From a virus (Duplodnaviria > Caudoviricetes): a stretch of 29,579 nt of DNA. Positions within the stretch are counted from its first letter, which is position 1, and every line of letters begins with the position of its first letter. The position numbers were made by a program, and so were the translations under genes. The notes under the pieces are model-generated. The model was not told where the DNA came from and did no database searches. It worked only from the letters and a program-made list of their open reading frames with translations. Location: the IMG/VR virus record IMGVR_UViG_3300035676_000032, positions 1 to 29,579 of that record; one strand, given 5' to 3'. Below are positions 1 to 7,717 of the stretch, one piece after another.

Positions 1-27
1 CAACCCACAACCAGCAAGGAGCTGAAC

Positions 28-237
28 GTGAAAGCAACTACCAACAAGACCACCCAAATGGCTGACTTCCAGATTCTTCCCTTTGACTTCAACGACACCA
101 CGGTGACTTTTGTCGCCAACAACAAAGCGGCACAAGACCGCATTTACGGTGGCAAGTCGGTTGAGATTCGCAAGTCTGAATCGCAGCGTTTTTACGCCAC
201 GCTGATTGGCGACGGCTTCAAAGTTAATGTGCAATGA
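28..237 (+). CDS. hypothetical phage protein, 69 aa
   Basis: GTG start 6 nt after AAGGAG; first of a run of tightly packed small plus-strand genes. Confidence 0.7.
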   Translation: MKATTNKTTQMADFQILPFDFNDTTVTFVANNKAAQDRIYGGKSVEIRKSESQRFYATLIGDGFKVNVQ

Positions 238-251
238 TTAAGGAGACCACC

Positions 252-401
252 ATGAACAACAGCCAGCAACAACCAGCCTGGCTGGCCCAACGGGCCAGCC
301 TGCTCAACCCGAACTGGCGCTACGTGCCAGCAGCGTCCACCAACATCATGGAGCGCTTTCGCGCAATGGGTTGGGTTCCACCTTCGGAGGCCAAGAAATG
401 A
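252..401 (+). CDS. hypothetical phage protein, 49 aa (not in ORF track)
   Basis: AAGGAG RBS at 240-245, ATG 252; MNNSQQQPAWLAQRASLLNPNWRYVPAASTNIMERFRAMGWVPPSEAKK; TGA overlaps next ATG (ATGA). Confidence 0.7.
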   Translation: MNNSQQQPAWLAQRASLLNPNWRYVPAASTNIMERFRAMGWVPPSEAKK

Positions 402-553
402 AGAAAGTTCTTAACCTGGCGCTGGCCACCCTGATTGGCACTGCCTTGGCTCTCCTGCTCATGGAGTGGATGGTCGGCTGCGGTGAGACTTATATCGACT
501 CTAAAGGCGTCAGCCACAAATATGCCTGCCTGTTTATGGGCCTGGACAAATGA
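398..553 (+). CDS. small membrane or possible lipoprotein, 51 aa
   Basis: GGAGG RBS, ATGA coupling at both ends; MKK + hydrophobic stretch + MVGC. Confidence 0.65.
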   Translation: MKKVLNLALATLIGTALALLLMEWMVGCGETYIDSKGVSHKYACLFMGLDK

Positions 554-861
554 ACTGCTGCGACTACGACTGCGTGCAGGGCCGCGAGTGCCCTGCCCGT
601 GTGGCCAAGTGCAGGCCAGTCATGCTGGCCGCTGAGCCACTGCCTGCCAGCCCTGTGGCTGGGTACCTGAAAAGGATGGCCAGTATCATGCTCGTGGTGC
701 TGGCCGTGGTGCTGGTGAACTGCATGTGGATGGTGCTGATCGCAGCATCTGCAATAGTCGCACCTGAAAGACGGGTGATCGACTGCAGCCTGGCATCGTT
801 TCACCCAGACTTTACCCCAGCGATGCGTGAGGCCTGCCGCAATCGCAAGGCCACGCAGTAG
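550..861 (+). CDS. hypothetical Cys-rich single-TM protein
   Basis: ATGA-coupled; N-terminal CCDYDCxQGRECPAR motif, one hydrophobic helix, C-terminal C...C pair. Confidence 0.7.
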   Translation: MNCCDYDCVQGRECPARVAKCRPVMLAAEPLPASPVAGYLKRMASIMLVVLAVVLVNCMWMVLIAASAIVAPERRVIDCSLASFHPDFTPAMREACRNRKATQ

Positions 862-864
862 GTC

Positions 865-1377
865 TCATGCAATCATGCCGATTGCCTTGGCCTGCACATC
901 AGCAACGCGCCTGCCCCAGCCCTTGCCGAATGTTGGCCAGGTTGGAAGTGCCTGCAAAAATGACAGTCTGCGCTCGGAATAGTCTTCAACGAGCTGCTGT
1001 GAGTCAAAGGACGCCACAGCCGCCAAAGTCTTCGGACCTATGCCACCATCAGGCTCAACACCAACGCACGTCTGTAGCCACTTCGCAGCCCTTTCTGGGC
1101 CGCTGTTGATGGCAGCATCGAACACAGCGTAATCAACACCTGACGGCAGCTCATCGCCACGCACCTTGTTCCAATACTTTGTCTTGTACAAAGGTGCCAC
1201 ATCGGCAGGCGTGAGCGCACGCATGGTCTTCTCGTCCACCTCGTTGCCGCAATGCTCCTCCCAGACTTTCTTGGTGCAGCCGAGGTTCGTCATTCCACCT
1301 GGGTCTTTGGGGTGGTTCACAAAGCCGCCCTCATGATGTAGGACGGCAGCCAGTGCAGCTTCAAAGTTCTGTTTCAT
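865..1377 (-). CDS. endolysin, glycoside hydrolase family 108 with C-terminal peptidoglycan-binding domain
   Basis: HEGGFVNHPKDPGGMTNLG, FDAAINSG, DGGIGPKT and FGKGWGRRV motifs; likely start MKQNF at 1377 after GAGG. Confidence 0.92.
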   Translation of the reverse strand: MKQNFEAALAAVLHHEGGFVNHPKDPGGMTNLGCTKKVWEEHCGNEVDEKTMRALTPADVAPLYKTKYWNKVRGDELPSGVDYAVFDAAINSGPERAAKWLQTCVGVEPDGGIGPKTLAAVASFDSQQLVEDYSERRLSFLQALPTWPTFGKGWGRRVADVQAKAIGMIA

Positions 1378-1384
1378 AGTGTCC

Positions 1385-1876
1385 TCACTTGGTGGCTTTG
1401 GAGAGCAGATCAGTCTTGGCCTGGGAGCCAGCAGACGATCCAAAATAATAGGCAATGATGCCTGTCCAGGCGGTTCCTAGACTGCCCAGCATCATCAAGA
1501 TGGCAGGATTGTTGCTGTCGATCTGGTTGAAGAACATCATCACCATGATGCCGAAGAAACCCAGGGTCACAGCACCAGCAAGGATGGGAGGCATCATCGA
1601 GCGAGTGGTAGCCTGCATCTCCCGTGCAGACTTGCGGTCATCAACGGCCAGCTTCTCGAAGTTCAGGCCCAGCTCCTGCGCCTGCTTCTGCAGCTCGATC
1701 TCAGCCAGCTTGACCTGTGCGATTTGGTCGGCGGTCAGCTTGTTGGAGGCGATCAGATCGCCCACCTTTGCCTCATCCACGCCAATGGCCTTGGAGACTG
1801 CCGAGACGGCCATGCCTGCCAGTGGGCCACCCAGTGCAGTGGCAATCGTTGGGGCGATCTGCTTAAGCCAGTCCAT
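1385..1876 (-). CDS. putative holin (3TM holin-like)
   Basis: MDWLKQIAPTIATALGGPLAG, DRKSAR, two C-terminal TM helices, YYFGSSAGS; directly upstream of endolysin. Confidence 0.75.
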   Translation of the reverse strand: MDWLKQIAPTIATALGGPLAGMAVSAVSKAIGVDEAKVGDLIASNKLTADQIAQVKLAEIELQKQAQELGLNFEKLAVDDRKSAREMQATTRSMMPPILAGAVTLGFFGIMVMMFFNQIDSNNPAILMMLGSLGTAWTGIIAYYFGSSAGSQAKTDLLSKATK

Positions 1877-1878
1877 GC

Positions 1879-2337
1879 TCACTCCTTTTTCGCAGTGACA
1901 ACATCGTCACCCTTACGCACCGTCACCTTGTCGCCTTCAACGTCAACGCGCATCGGCTGCTCTGGACGGTCAAGGCGGTCGAGCTTTTCAATCAACTGCT
2001 TCATAATTTCAAATTCAGGCTTTTCCTGCTTGGTGCTTGCACCAGCGATGCCGTTGAGCATGGAGATGAGCGCAGTCAATGCCGCGCCAAGCAGACCCAT
2101 CACTGCGGCAATCTTTTCATTCTCCAGCACTACGCTGGAACCGACACCGATGACGATAATCAGTGTGATGTAGAAGAGGCCGCTTTCGCCAATGGCTTTG
2201 CCTGCGACTTCTTTGGCTGTGCTTTGCGCTTGCAGCCTATTCAGCTCCACTTTGGCCTGTTCCTTGATGAGCGCCAGTTCGTGGTTTAAATTTTGATTTG
2301 GCATCGGCGATGCGCTTTTTGCGGATTCGTCAGCCAT
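1879..2337 (-). CDS. hypothetical 2-TM membrane protein in lysis cluster
   Basis: 152 aa, two hydrophobic helices, packed between neighbours. Confidence 0.65.
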   Translation of the reverse strand: MADESAKSASPMPNQNLNHELALIKEQAKVELNRLQAQSTAKEVAGKAIGESGLFYITLIIVIGVGSSVVLENEKIAAVMGLLGAALTALISMLNGIAGASTKQEKPEFEIMKQLIEKLDRLDRPEQPMRVDVEGDKVTVRKGDDVVTAKKE

Positions 2338-2541
2338 TTATAGCCCAAACAGTTTTTTGACAAATTCAGCAGCCACACCTGGGCCAAGCAGCACAGCCGC
2401 GATGAGTGCATAGAGGATGTACTCGATGCGGCTCATGCGCTTGCTGCCTGACTCAAACGATTTCTGGATGGCCTCATATCTCAGCGCACAAATTTCTTCG
2501 TGCGTCTGAAGTCGTGCATCGGTTGCATCGACCTGGCTCAT
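2338..2541 (-). CDS. small coiled-coil + TM protein (XhlA/hemolysin-like lysis-associated)
   Basis: HEEICALRY...RMSRIE then hydrophobic helix; GAGGG RBS. Confidence 0.65.
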   Translation of the reverse strand: MSQVDATDARLQTHEEICALRYEAIQKSFESGSKRMSRIEYILYALIAAVLLGPGVAAEFVKKLFGL

Positions 2542-2897
2542 TACATACCCTCGCCCTGCACAATGTAGACAGTAGATGCGCCAGCAGGGGCCAGGCCTGA
2601 GAAGAAGGACTCACGACTAAATCGCAGTACTTCAACTGCACCAGGCACCAGCACAATGGCTGCTGAAGGAGTTCCAGCAACAGGAGCCACAGCATTGGCC
2701 GCAGCCTCTGCTGCAGTGTTGCCAACGCCCAGAAACACCGTATTGGCGCTGTTGTTGATGATCCGGTACTGGCCTGTGCTTTGTGCGTCAAGCCTTGAAA
2801 ACACCAGAGCCTGGACGCCAGTTGATGCAGAAGTGGTGGCAGGAATGACGACTGTGTTGCCAAGTGGGGCAAATGCGATTTGTGAATTACTAGCCAT
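2541..2897 (-). CDS. putative minor virion protein (beta-rich), 118 aa
   Basis: AGGAG RBS; Ala/Thr/Val-rich beta-strand pattern; located in tail module. Confidence 0.65.
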   Translation of the reverse strand: MASNSQIAFAPLGNTVVIPATTSASTGVQALVFSRLDAQSTGQYRIINNSANTVFLGVGNTAAEAAANAVAPVAGTPSAAIVLVPGAVEVLRFSRESFFSGLAPAGASTVYIVQGEGM

Positions 2898-2898
2898 G

Positions 2899-3144
2899 TC
2901 AGACTCCTTGTGCAGCGATGGCTGCCTTGTATGCTGCGATTACGTCAGCAGTGTGCGTTGCCGCACAGATAGCCTGCACACGGGCATCCTCACTGCTATA
3001 GTCAGCGCCAGGCACAACAACGTGACGGTGGAACTTGCTGCTGATTTCAACGCCATCTTCTTTGATGGCGGTTTTGGTGCGAACTTGAATGGAGCCGTTT
3101 TCAACAACTTCAATGCGGTCAACAGAGGTAACTTTTTCCAACAT
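2899..3144 (-). CDS. small tail-fibre-associated protein (putative chaperone), 81 aa
   Basis: AAGG RBS; FHRHVVxPGxDYSxEDARVQAIC pattern; downstream of the fibre genes. Confidence 0.7.
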   Translation of the reverse strand: MLEKVTSVDRIEVVENGSIQVRTKTAIKEDGVEISSKFHRHVVVPGADYSSEDARVQAICAATHTADVIAAYKAAIAAQGV

Positions 3145-3215
3145 AATATTTCCTTGTTTCCAACCACGGCATTCACCGTGACATTAAGGCTGGTGGGCCG
3201 CACCAGTACGGTTTA
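3145..3215 (-). promoter_or_regulatory. candidate structured 5' leader RNA
   Basis: two hairpins (CUGGUG/CACCAG; CACGGU/GCCGUG) and a CCUU able to pair with the AAGG RBS. Confidence 0.45.
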
Positions 3216-3218
3216 TTC

Positions 3219-3362
3219 TTATTCAGAATCGTTTTGCTCAAGAGGCACATTTCCTTGCGCCAGCCATTGTTGATATTCAGGATCATTTAACGGAATCATC
3301 GGCCATACCTGGTCAACATCAACGACAAAATCATCACCGTGTTTTCTGTACATTTTTACCAT
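3219..3362 (-). CDS. small tail-fibre assembly/chaperone-like protein, 47 aa (not in ORF track)
   Basis: TAAGGAG RBS; MVKMYRKHGDDFVVDVDQVWPMIPLNDPEYQQWLAQGNVPLEQNDSE; YQxWLAxGNxP motif typical of ORFs that follow fibre genes. Confidence 0.7.
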   Translation of the reverse strand: MVKMYRKHGDDFVVDVDQVWPMIPLNDPEYQQWLAQGNVPLEQNDSE

Positions 3363-3371
3363 GATTGCTCC

Positions 3372-4667
3372 TTATACAGGGTCGCTTGTGCTTGCAACAT
3401 TGCCAAAATTTAGAATGTCGTATGTGATTGCAGACCCAGTGTTGTTCTTCACGTTGATCTGGTGCGAATTGGCAGATTTGAAAATCCCCGTATAGCCGAC
3501 ACCGGGCGCAGCAGATGCTTGAAACTCACTTGATGGGTTTGACAGCAATGTGATGGTCGTTGACTTGTAATCTGCGAAAACAAGCGCAGCCGCACCGCCA
3601 CCAGTAGAAATGCTGAACAGCTTTCCAGACTGATTAGCGAAACCAAATGTTTGAGTGTCTGGACAGAGTGTTGAATATCCGACACCAGCTTCGCCAACCT
3701 TTGTGACGGAACCAGATTGTTCAAAACCAGTGATCGGCCCATACATTTCAAGCCCAAACGTTGTTGGCGATCCCTTATTTGTGATCTTCTGGTTCAAAGT
3801 CATTTTGAGGCCAGTCGATGTGTCAAAGAACATCGAGTTGACCCAGTTTTGTTGCAGGCTTCCAGTAAAACCAAAGCCGTAGACGTTCTCAGTGTTGGCT
3901 GTATTTGTCACCGCGCCCATGACACCACATCCAAAGATTCCAAGGATGGCTCTGTCAAAACTGATCGGGCAAGAACAGTCAGATGGCAGGAATGTAAAGC
4001 TCTGAGTTGGCACAGCCACTGAGCCATCAAAACGAATGTTTGAGCCAGCAGCACCACCAGCCGGGAACACGCCGCCACCAAGAAACGAAAACTTCAACAC
4101 GCCTTTGATCAGCAATGTCGAAATGCCGCCACCAAAGACGGTGCAAGCAATCATGTCCAATCCACGGATGCCGATTGGTGCTGAGGATGCGCCAGTTCCA
4201 TCGGCATAAATTGTGTATTGATGCGTGCTGTTGCCTGTGGTTGTAAAAGTCACGTGGTCAAACTTAAACAACCCAAAACTTGATGTTGTATTAACCAACG
4301 AGACCAAACATCCACCAGATTGGCCAGCCAGCGATCGTAGCGTCATGTCTTGCATAACAACACCCGATCCACCATTGCGGATGTTAAAAATTCCTTCTGC
4401 ATCATTGGCAGAAGAAATGCCCGGTGAATAGTTGCGGTGAATAAATGTTTTCTGCGTGCCTTCACCAACTAACTTGACAGGGTTTGTAATCGTAACTGCT
4501 GAGTTTATTAAATATGTACCAGAGGGGACATATACCGTACCTTGTGTTTGAATAGCGGCGGCAAAAGCAGCAGCACTATCGTTAACACCGGTTGGGTCTG
4601 CTCCAAAATCTAATACATTGGCCCCGCCACCTAAAATCATTGAATATGTAACTTTAGTTAAAGACAT
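3372..4667 (-). CDS. tailspike / receptor-binding protein with pectate-lyase-like beta-helix
   Basis: NVLDFGADPTGVNDSAAAF...TVYVPSGTYLI...LVGEG (Pectate_lyase_3-type start); short MSLTKV N-terminus. Confidence 0.85.
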   Translation of the reverse strand: MSLTKVTYSMILGGGANVLDFGADPTGVNDSAAAFAAAIQTQGTVYVPSGTYLINSAVTITNPVKLVGEGTQKTFIHRNYSPGISSANDAEGIFNIRNGGSGVVMQDMTLRSLAGQSGGCLVSLVNTTSSFGLFKFDHVTFTTTGNSTHQYTIYADGTGASSAPIGIRGLDMIACTVFGGGISTLLIKGVLKFSFLGGGVFPAGGAAGSNIRFDGSVAVPTQSFTFLPSDCSCPISFDRAILGIFGCGVMGAVTNTANTENVYGFGFTGSLQQNWVNSMFFDTSTGLKMTLNQKITNKGSPTTFGLEMYGPITGFEQSGSVTKVGEAGVGYSTLCPDTQTFGFANQSGKLFSISTGGGAAALVFADYKSTTITLLSNPSSEFQASAAPGVGYTGIFKSANSHQINVKNNTGSAITYDILNFGNVASTSDPV

Positions 4668-4683
4668 GATTGACCTTTATTTA

Positions 4684-5214
4684 TTAGTCTGCTTGATAAA
4701 TTACCATGCCATCAATAACTTTTGCAGAAAATGACGCGTTTGTAATCACTCCACCAACATTTGTATAAGGTTGAAATGTTGCAGAGCCCATAGGGTTTGC
4801 AAGGCTAAATTCCAAACCTGAATTTGTAAATCTTAGGCCGCTCCCTTGCTGTTGCTGAGCACCGCCATTCTTGCTGGTGAAAGGCAATCCTCCAAAATTT
4901 GCGGAACTTACGTCTGCTGTGACCGGGAAAATAATCCTGAATGTCGCAACAACAACACGGCCAACTTTGGTGTAAAAACCTGCCGCAGATGTGAATGCGA
5001 GTCCAGCACCAGACACATCAGTCGGAACCCATGTTCCTTCTTCATAGTCAGCCAACAACTCGCTTGTGCCTGTGCCCGGTGTGGCAGAAAAGTCGATGCC
5101 TTTGCCTGAGGTGCCAATGATGAGGTTGCCAGTGGATAGCGTGACATTGCCAGGCAAGGTGATAGGCGTTTGAATCTGGCTTGCACTGATTAAGTTGGTA
5201 ACTGTCTTGAGCAT
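4684..5214 (-). CDS. short tail fibre protein
   Basis: GKGIDFSAT...LADYEEGTW...YTKVGRVV...GGLPF fibre-tip motifs; AAGGAG RBS. Confidence 0.75.
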   Translation of the reverse strand: MLKTVTNLISASQIQTPITLPGNVTLSTGNLIIGTSGKGIDFSATPGTGTSELLADYEEGTWVPTDVSGAGLAFTSAAGFYTKVGRVVVATFRIIFPVTADVSSANFGGLPFTSKNGGAQQQQGSGLRFTNSGLEFSLANPMGSATFQPYTNVGGVITNASFSAKVIDGMVIYQAD

Positions 5215-5224
5215 TTCGGTCTCC

Positions 5225-5707
5225 TTAAACCAAGAATTCGATCACTGATGTGACGGGTGGCGCTTCTGAGAATGTCACATTACCGCCGGTCACGGTGTAG
5301 GTGTTCTGGTTCTGGTAGACGCCGTTGATGTAGATCGCAAAAGGTGTGGAGGTCACAGGGAAAATGGTCTGTGTGCCATTACCAGTTGCGTTGGTGGCCA
5401 CGGAGCCAGAGGCCACATTGCCATTCAGCGAGGTGTAGACCAGGCTGCCTTTGCTGTCCAGCACCTGGATGCTGTAGTCGCTGGCAGCATAAAACCGTGA
5501 TGGTGTGCCCTGGTACACCGGATAGCCGTTGAGCGTGCGGATCGGCTGGGCGGCTGCAATGGTCAGGGCCGCATCCCAATAAACCGTGATCGGGTTAGTT
5601 TGCGGGTTGAGATTGACCGTGCCCACCCAGATGTAGCCGTTCTCCAGCGGCAGGCCGTCAGCGCCAGCGAATGCTGGGTATGGCGGTTGAATCGAGAGTG
5701 CGCTCAT
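5225..5707 (-). CDS. stand-alone P22-tailspike head-binding domain protein (tail adaptor)
   Basis: PPYPAF..DGLPLENGYIWVG...NPITVYWD...QPIRT..GYP...YSIQVLD matches the P22 gp9 head-binding domain; short C-terminal INGVYQ...F.EAP domain. Confidence 0.8.
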   Translation of the reverse strand: MSALSIQPPYPAFAGADGLPLENGYIWVGTVNLNPQTNPITVYWDAALTIAAAQPIRTLNGYPVYQGTPSRFYAASDYSIQVLDSKGSLVYTSLNGNVASGSVATNATGNGTQTIFPVTSTPFAIYINGVYQNQNTYTVTGGNVTFSEAPPVTSVIEFLV

Positions 5708-5726
5708 TGTTGGTTCTCCTGGTCGA

Positions 5727-5755
5727 ATTGTCTATCAAGGCTGCACTGGTGGCAA
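5727..5755 (-). promoter_or_regulatory. sigma70-like promoter TTGCCA-17-GACAAT
   Basis: hexamers at 5755-5750 and 5732-5727, 17-bp spacer, upstream of the tailspike cluster. Confidence 0.45.
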
Positions 5756-7717
5756 TGCGTTGAGTGCTTCATTGATTTTGGCCTTGGTGCGGCCTTCCTT
5801 CCTCATCTTGACGATTTGACGCAGACCTGTTGCCACCGGCAATGGAAGGCCTGTGAGCGCCCCTGTAGCCCCTGCCTCTGCAATCGCGGCCATAAGCGTG
5901 CCAGCGGTGCCTGAAGTGTTTACCAGGGTGCCTGGTGGCACCGTGGTGACGTAACGAACCACATCGTCAATATCACGCACGATCTGTGCGTTTTTCTTGC
6001 CAAGCATCACATCAAGTCGGCCATTGGCATCAAGGGCTTGCACTGTCTGGTGCAGTTTGGCTGGAGAGATTAGAGGACGGTCTTGTGAGTCCATCCCCAT
6101 GCCCTTAGTGGCCTCATCACGCAAATGGCGAACGGTGGCCCCTTGCAGCTCTTTCCAGGCCTGCTGGCCATCGTTTCCGCTAGTCAGCAGAACACGCTTT
6201 AGGAATGTGATTTCATCAGGAGACGAGTTAAGTACAGACTTGCGGAAAACTTGGTCAGCTGCAACTTGTGGGTCTTCCATGCCTTTGCGGTTTTTGATGA
6301 GACGAGCGACGATGGCACGGTTCTCAAACTTGCGAGCTTGCTCAAGGCGGGTCTGACGGGCCTTCTTATAGAGATCACCGCCCATGCCTTCGGTCTCTAC
6401 GTCAAAGGCTCGCTTGAGACTGCCTCCGTGAAACTGATCTGCACCTTCAAAGCCAGCACGCTGGAAGGTTTGACGCAGACTTTCGGCCTGGCGCAAGGTG
6501 ATTGGCTGGGCAATGAGGTTTCCGTTTTCATCTTGGACTGCTGCACCAACAGCAATGGCTTTCTGGCGTGCTGCTTTCAGCACAGGTGCAAGGTCTGCCT
6601 CTGGAATGTTTTCGTTGATGTAGCCGATCACTGAATTAAGAGTGACGTTGTTTTCCAGCTCTCCAGCCTTCTCGGCTGCTTTGTAGGCCGCACGGGTCTT
6701 GTTCTTAGCTGCCGTGAGGCCTTCCGTCAAGGCTTTTACGACAGCGCCGCCAGTGCTTGACAAGTCCATGAGCTGTGCATCTGTCATTTCCACCAGATTG
6801 TCAAAGTTCTGCAAAAGCTGCAGATTGTTTTCTTCAGCACGCTGGCGCAGTGGGCCGCCAAGATCACTCTTGATCTGCTCCTTCTCAAAGGCCAATTGCT
6901 GCGCATCTCTGGTAGCTGCACCTTTTGTGAGGGTTACAGGCACCGGCAATGCTTCTGCCGTCGCTGTGCGACGCAATACCTCTGGCGTAGCCGCAGCGCC
7001 AACAGAGCCACGCCCTGCGACTGCTGGAGCAAGTGCCGTTCCCATTGATTCACCAGCTGCACCAGTAGTAATAACTGAAGGCGCTGTAACCCTTGCTGGC
7101 GCAGGTGCAGCAGGCTCAATCCCAAGCGTTTCACGCACAGCGGTGGTGGCAGCCTGCACAGGCCTTGCAACGGCTTGTCCTGCCGCCTGTGCTGCTGCAG
7201 CGCCACGCCTAGTTGTGGCTTGCACAGCAGGCATTGCTTGCCTGGTGGCCTGCATCAATTGACCAGGAGCAGAAACCACCGGCAAAACAGGAGGCACTGC
7301 TGTTGCCAAGAACTGTCCGGCAGCTTGCGCCATTTCCTGCCCAGTCTCTGTGCGTGGTTGATAGGTCAGAGCCTGGCCACCCTCTGCTGCCGCCTTCTCA
7401 ACTGCACGCATGGCCTCCTGTGTTCCAAACTGACCAGACAGTATCTGTTGCGACAGGCCTTGCAATGCTCCGGCAATCGTTCCAAGCGTGCCACCAGTGG
7501 CCGCTGTTCCAAAGGTCAATGCAGTCTCACCAGCACCGACAAGACGCTGGCCTAGAGTTGGTGTAGTTGGCGCAGGTGCAATCTGAGCCTGTGTGGCGGC
7601 TGTGGTCTCTTGAGACTTTGCAAACTGATATGCCTGGGCAACAGTGTCAAACTCAGGAGTTCCACGCTTGTCAGCGTTCTTGACGATCCATGCTGCGTAT
7701 TCTTCTGCGGTTGCCAT
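5735..7717 (-). CDS. DNA ejection (pilot) protein, P22 gp16 position
   Basis: 660 aa Ala/Gln-rich helical protein, third of three after gp10/needle; assignment by synteny. Confidence 0.7.
   Translation of the reverse strand: MATAEEYAAWIVKNADKRGTPEFDTVAQAYQFAKSQETTAATQAQIAPAPTTPTLGQRLVGAGETALTFGTAATGGTLGTIAGALQGLSQQILSGQFGTQEAMRAVEKAAAEGGQALTYQPRTETGQEMAQAAGQFLATAVPPVLPVVSAPGQLMQATRQAMPAVQATTRRGAAAAQAAGQAVARPVQAATTAVRETLGIEPAAPAPARVTAPSVITTGAAGESMGTALAPAVAGRGSVGAAATPEVLRRTATAEALPVPVTLTKGAATRDAQQLAFEKEQIKSDLGGPLRQRAEENNLQLLQNFDNLVEMTDAQLMDLSSTGGAVVKALTEGLTAAKNKTRAAYKAAEKAGELENNVTLNSVIGYINENIPEADLAPVLKAARQKAIAVGAAVQDENGNLIAQPITLRQAESLRQTFQRAGFEGADQFHGGSLKRAFDVETEGMGGDLYKKARQTRLEQARKFENRAIVARLIKNRKGMEDPQVAADQVFRKSVLNSSPDEITFLKRVLLTSGNDGQQAWKELQGATVRHLRDEATKGMGMDSQDRPLISPAKLHQTVQALDANGRLDVMLGKKNAQIVRDIDDVVRYVTTVPPGTLVNTSGTAGTLMAAIAEAGATGALTGLPLPVATGLRQIVKMRKEGRTKAKINEALNALPPVQP

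Noticed and set aside
3150-3190. Twister ribozyme resemblance (CCUUAAUG...AAGG)
   Set aside because: The twister L4/pseudoknot core cannot be placed, and the hammerhead CUGANGA is also absent; kept only as an unassigned RNA candidate
3372-5214. Diversity-generating retroelement targeting the fibre genes
   Set aside because: No reverse transcriptase and no TR/VR repeat pair seen in the window
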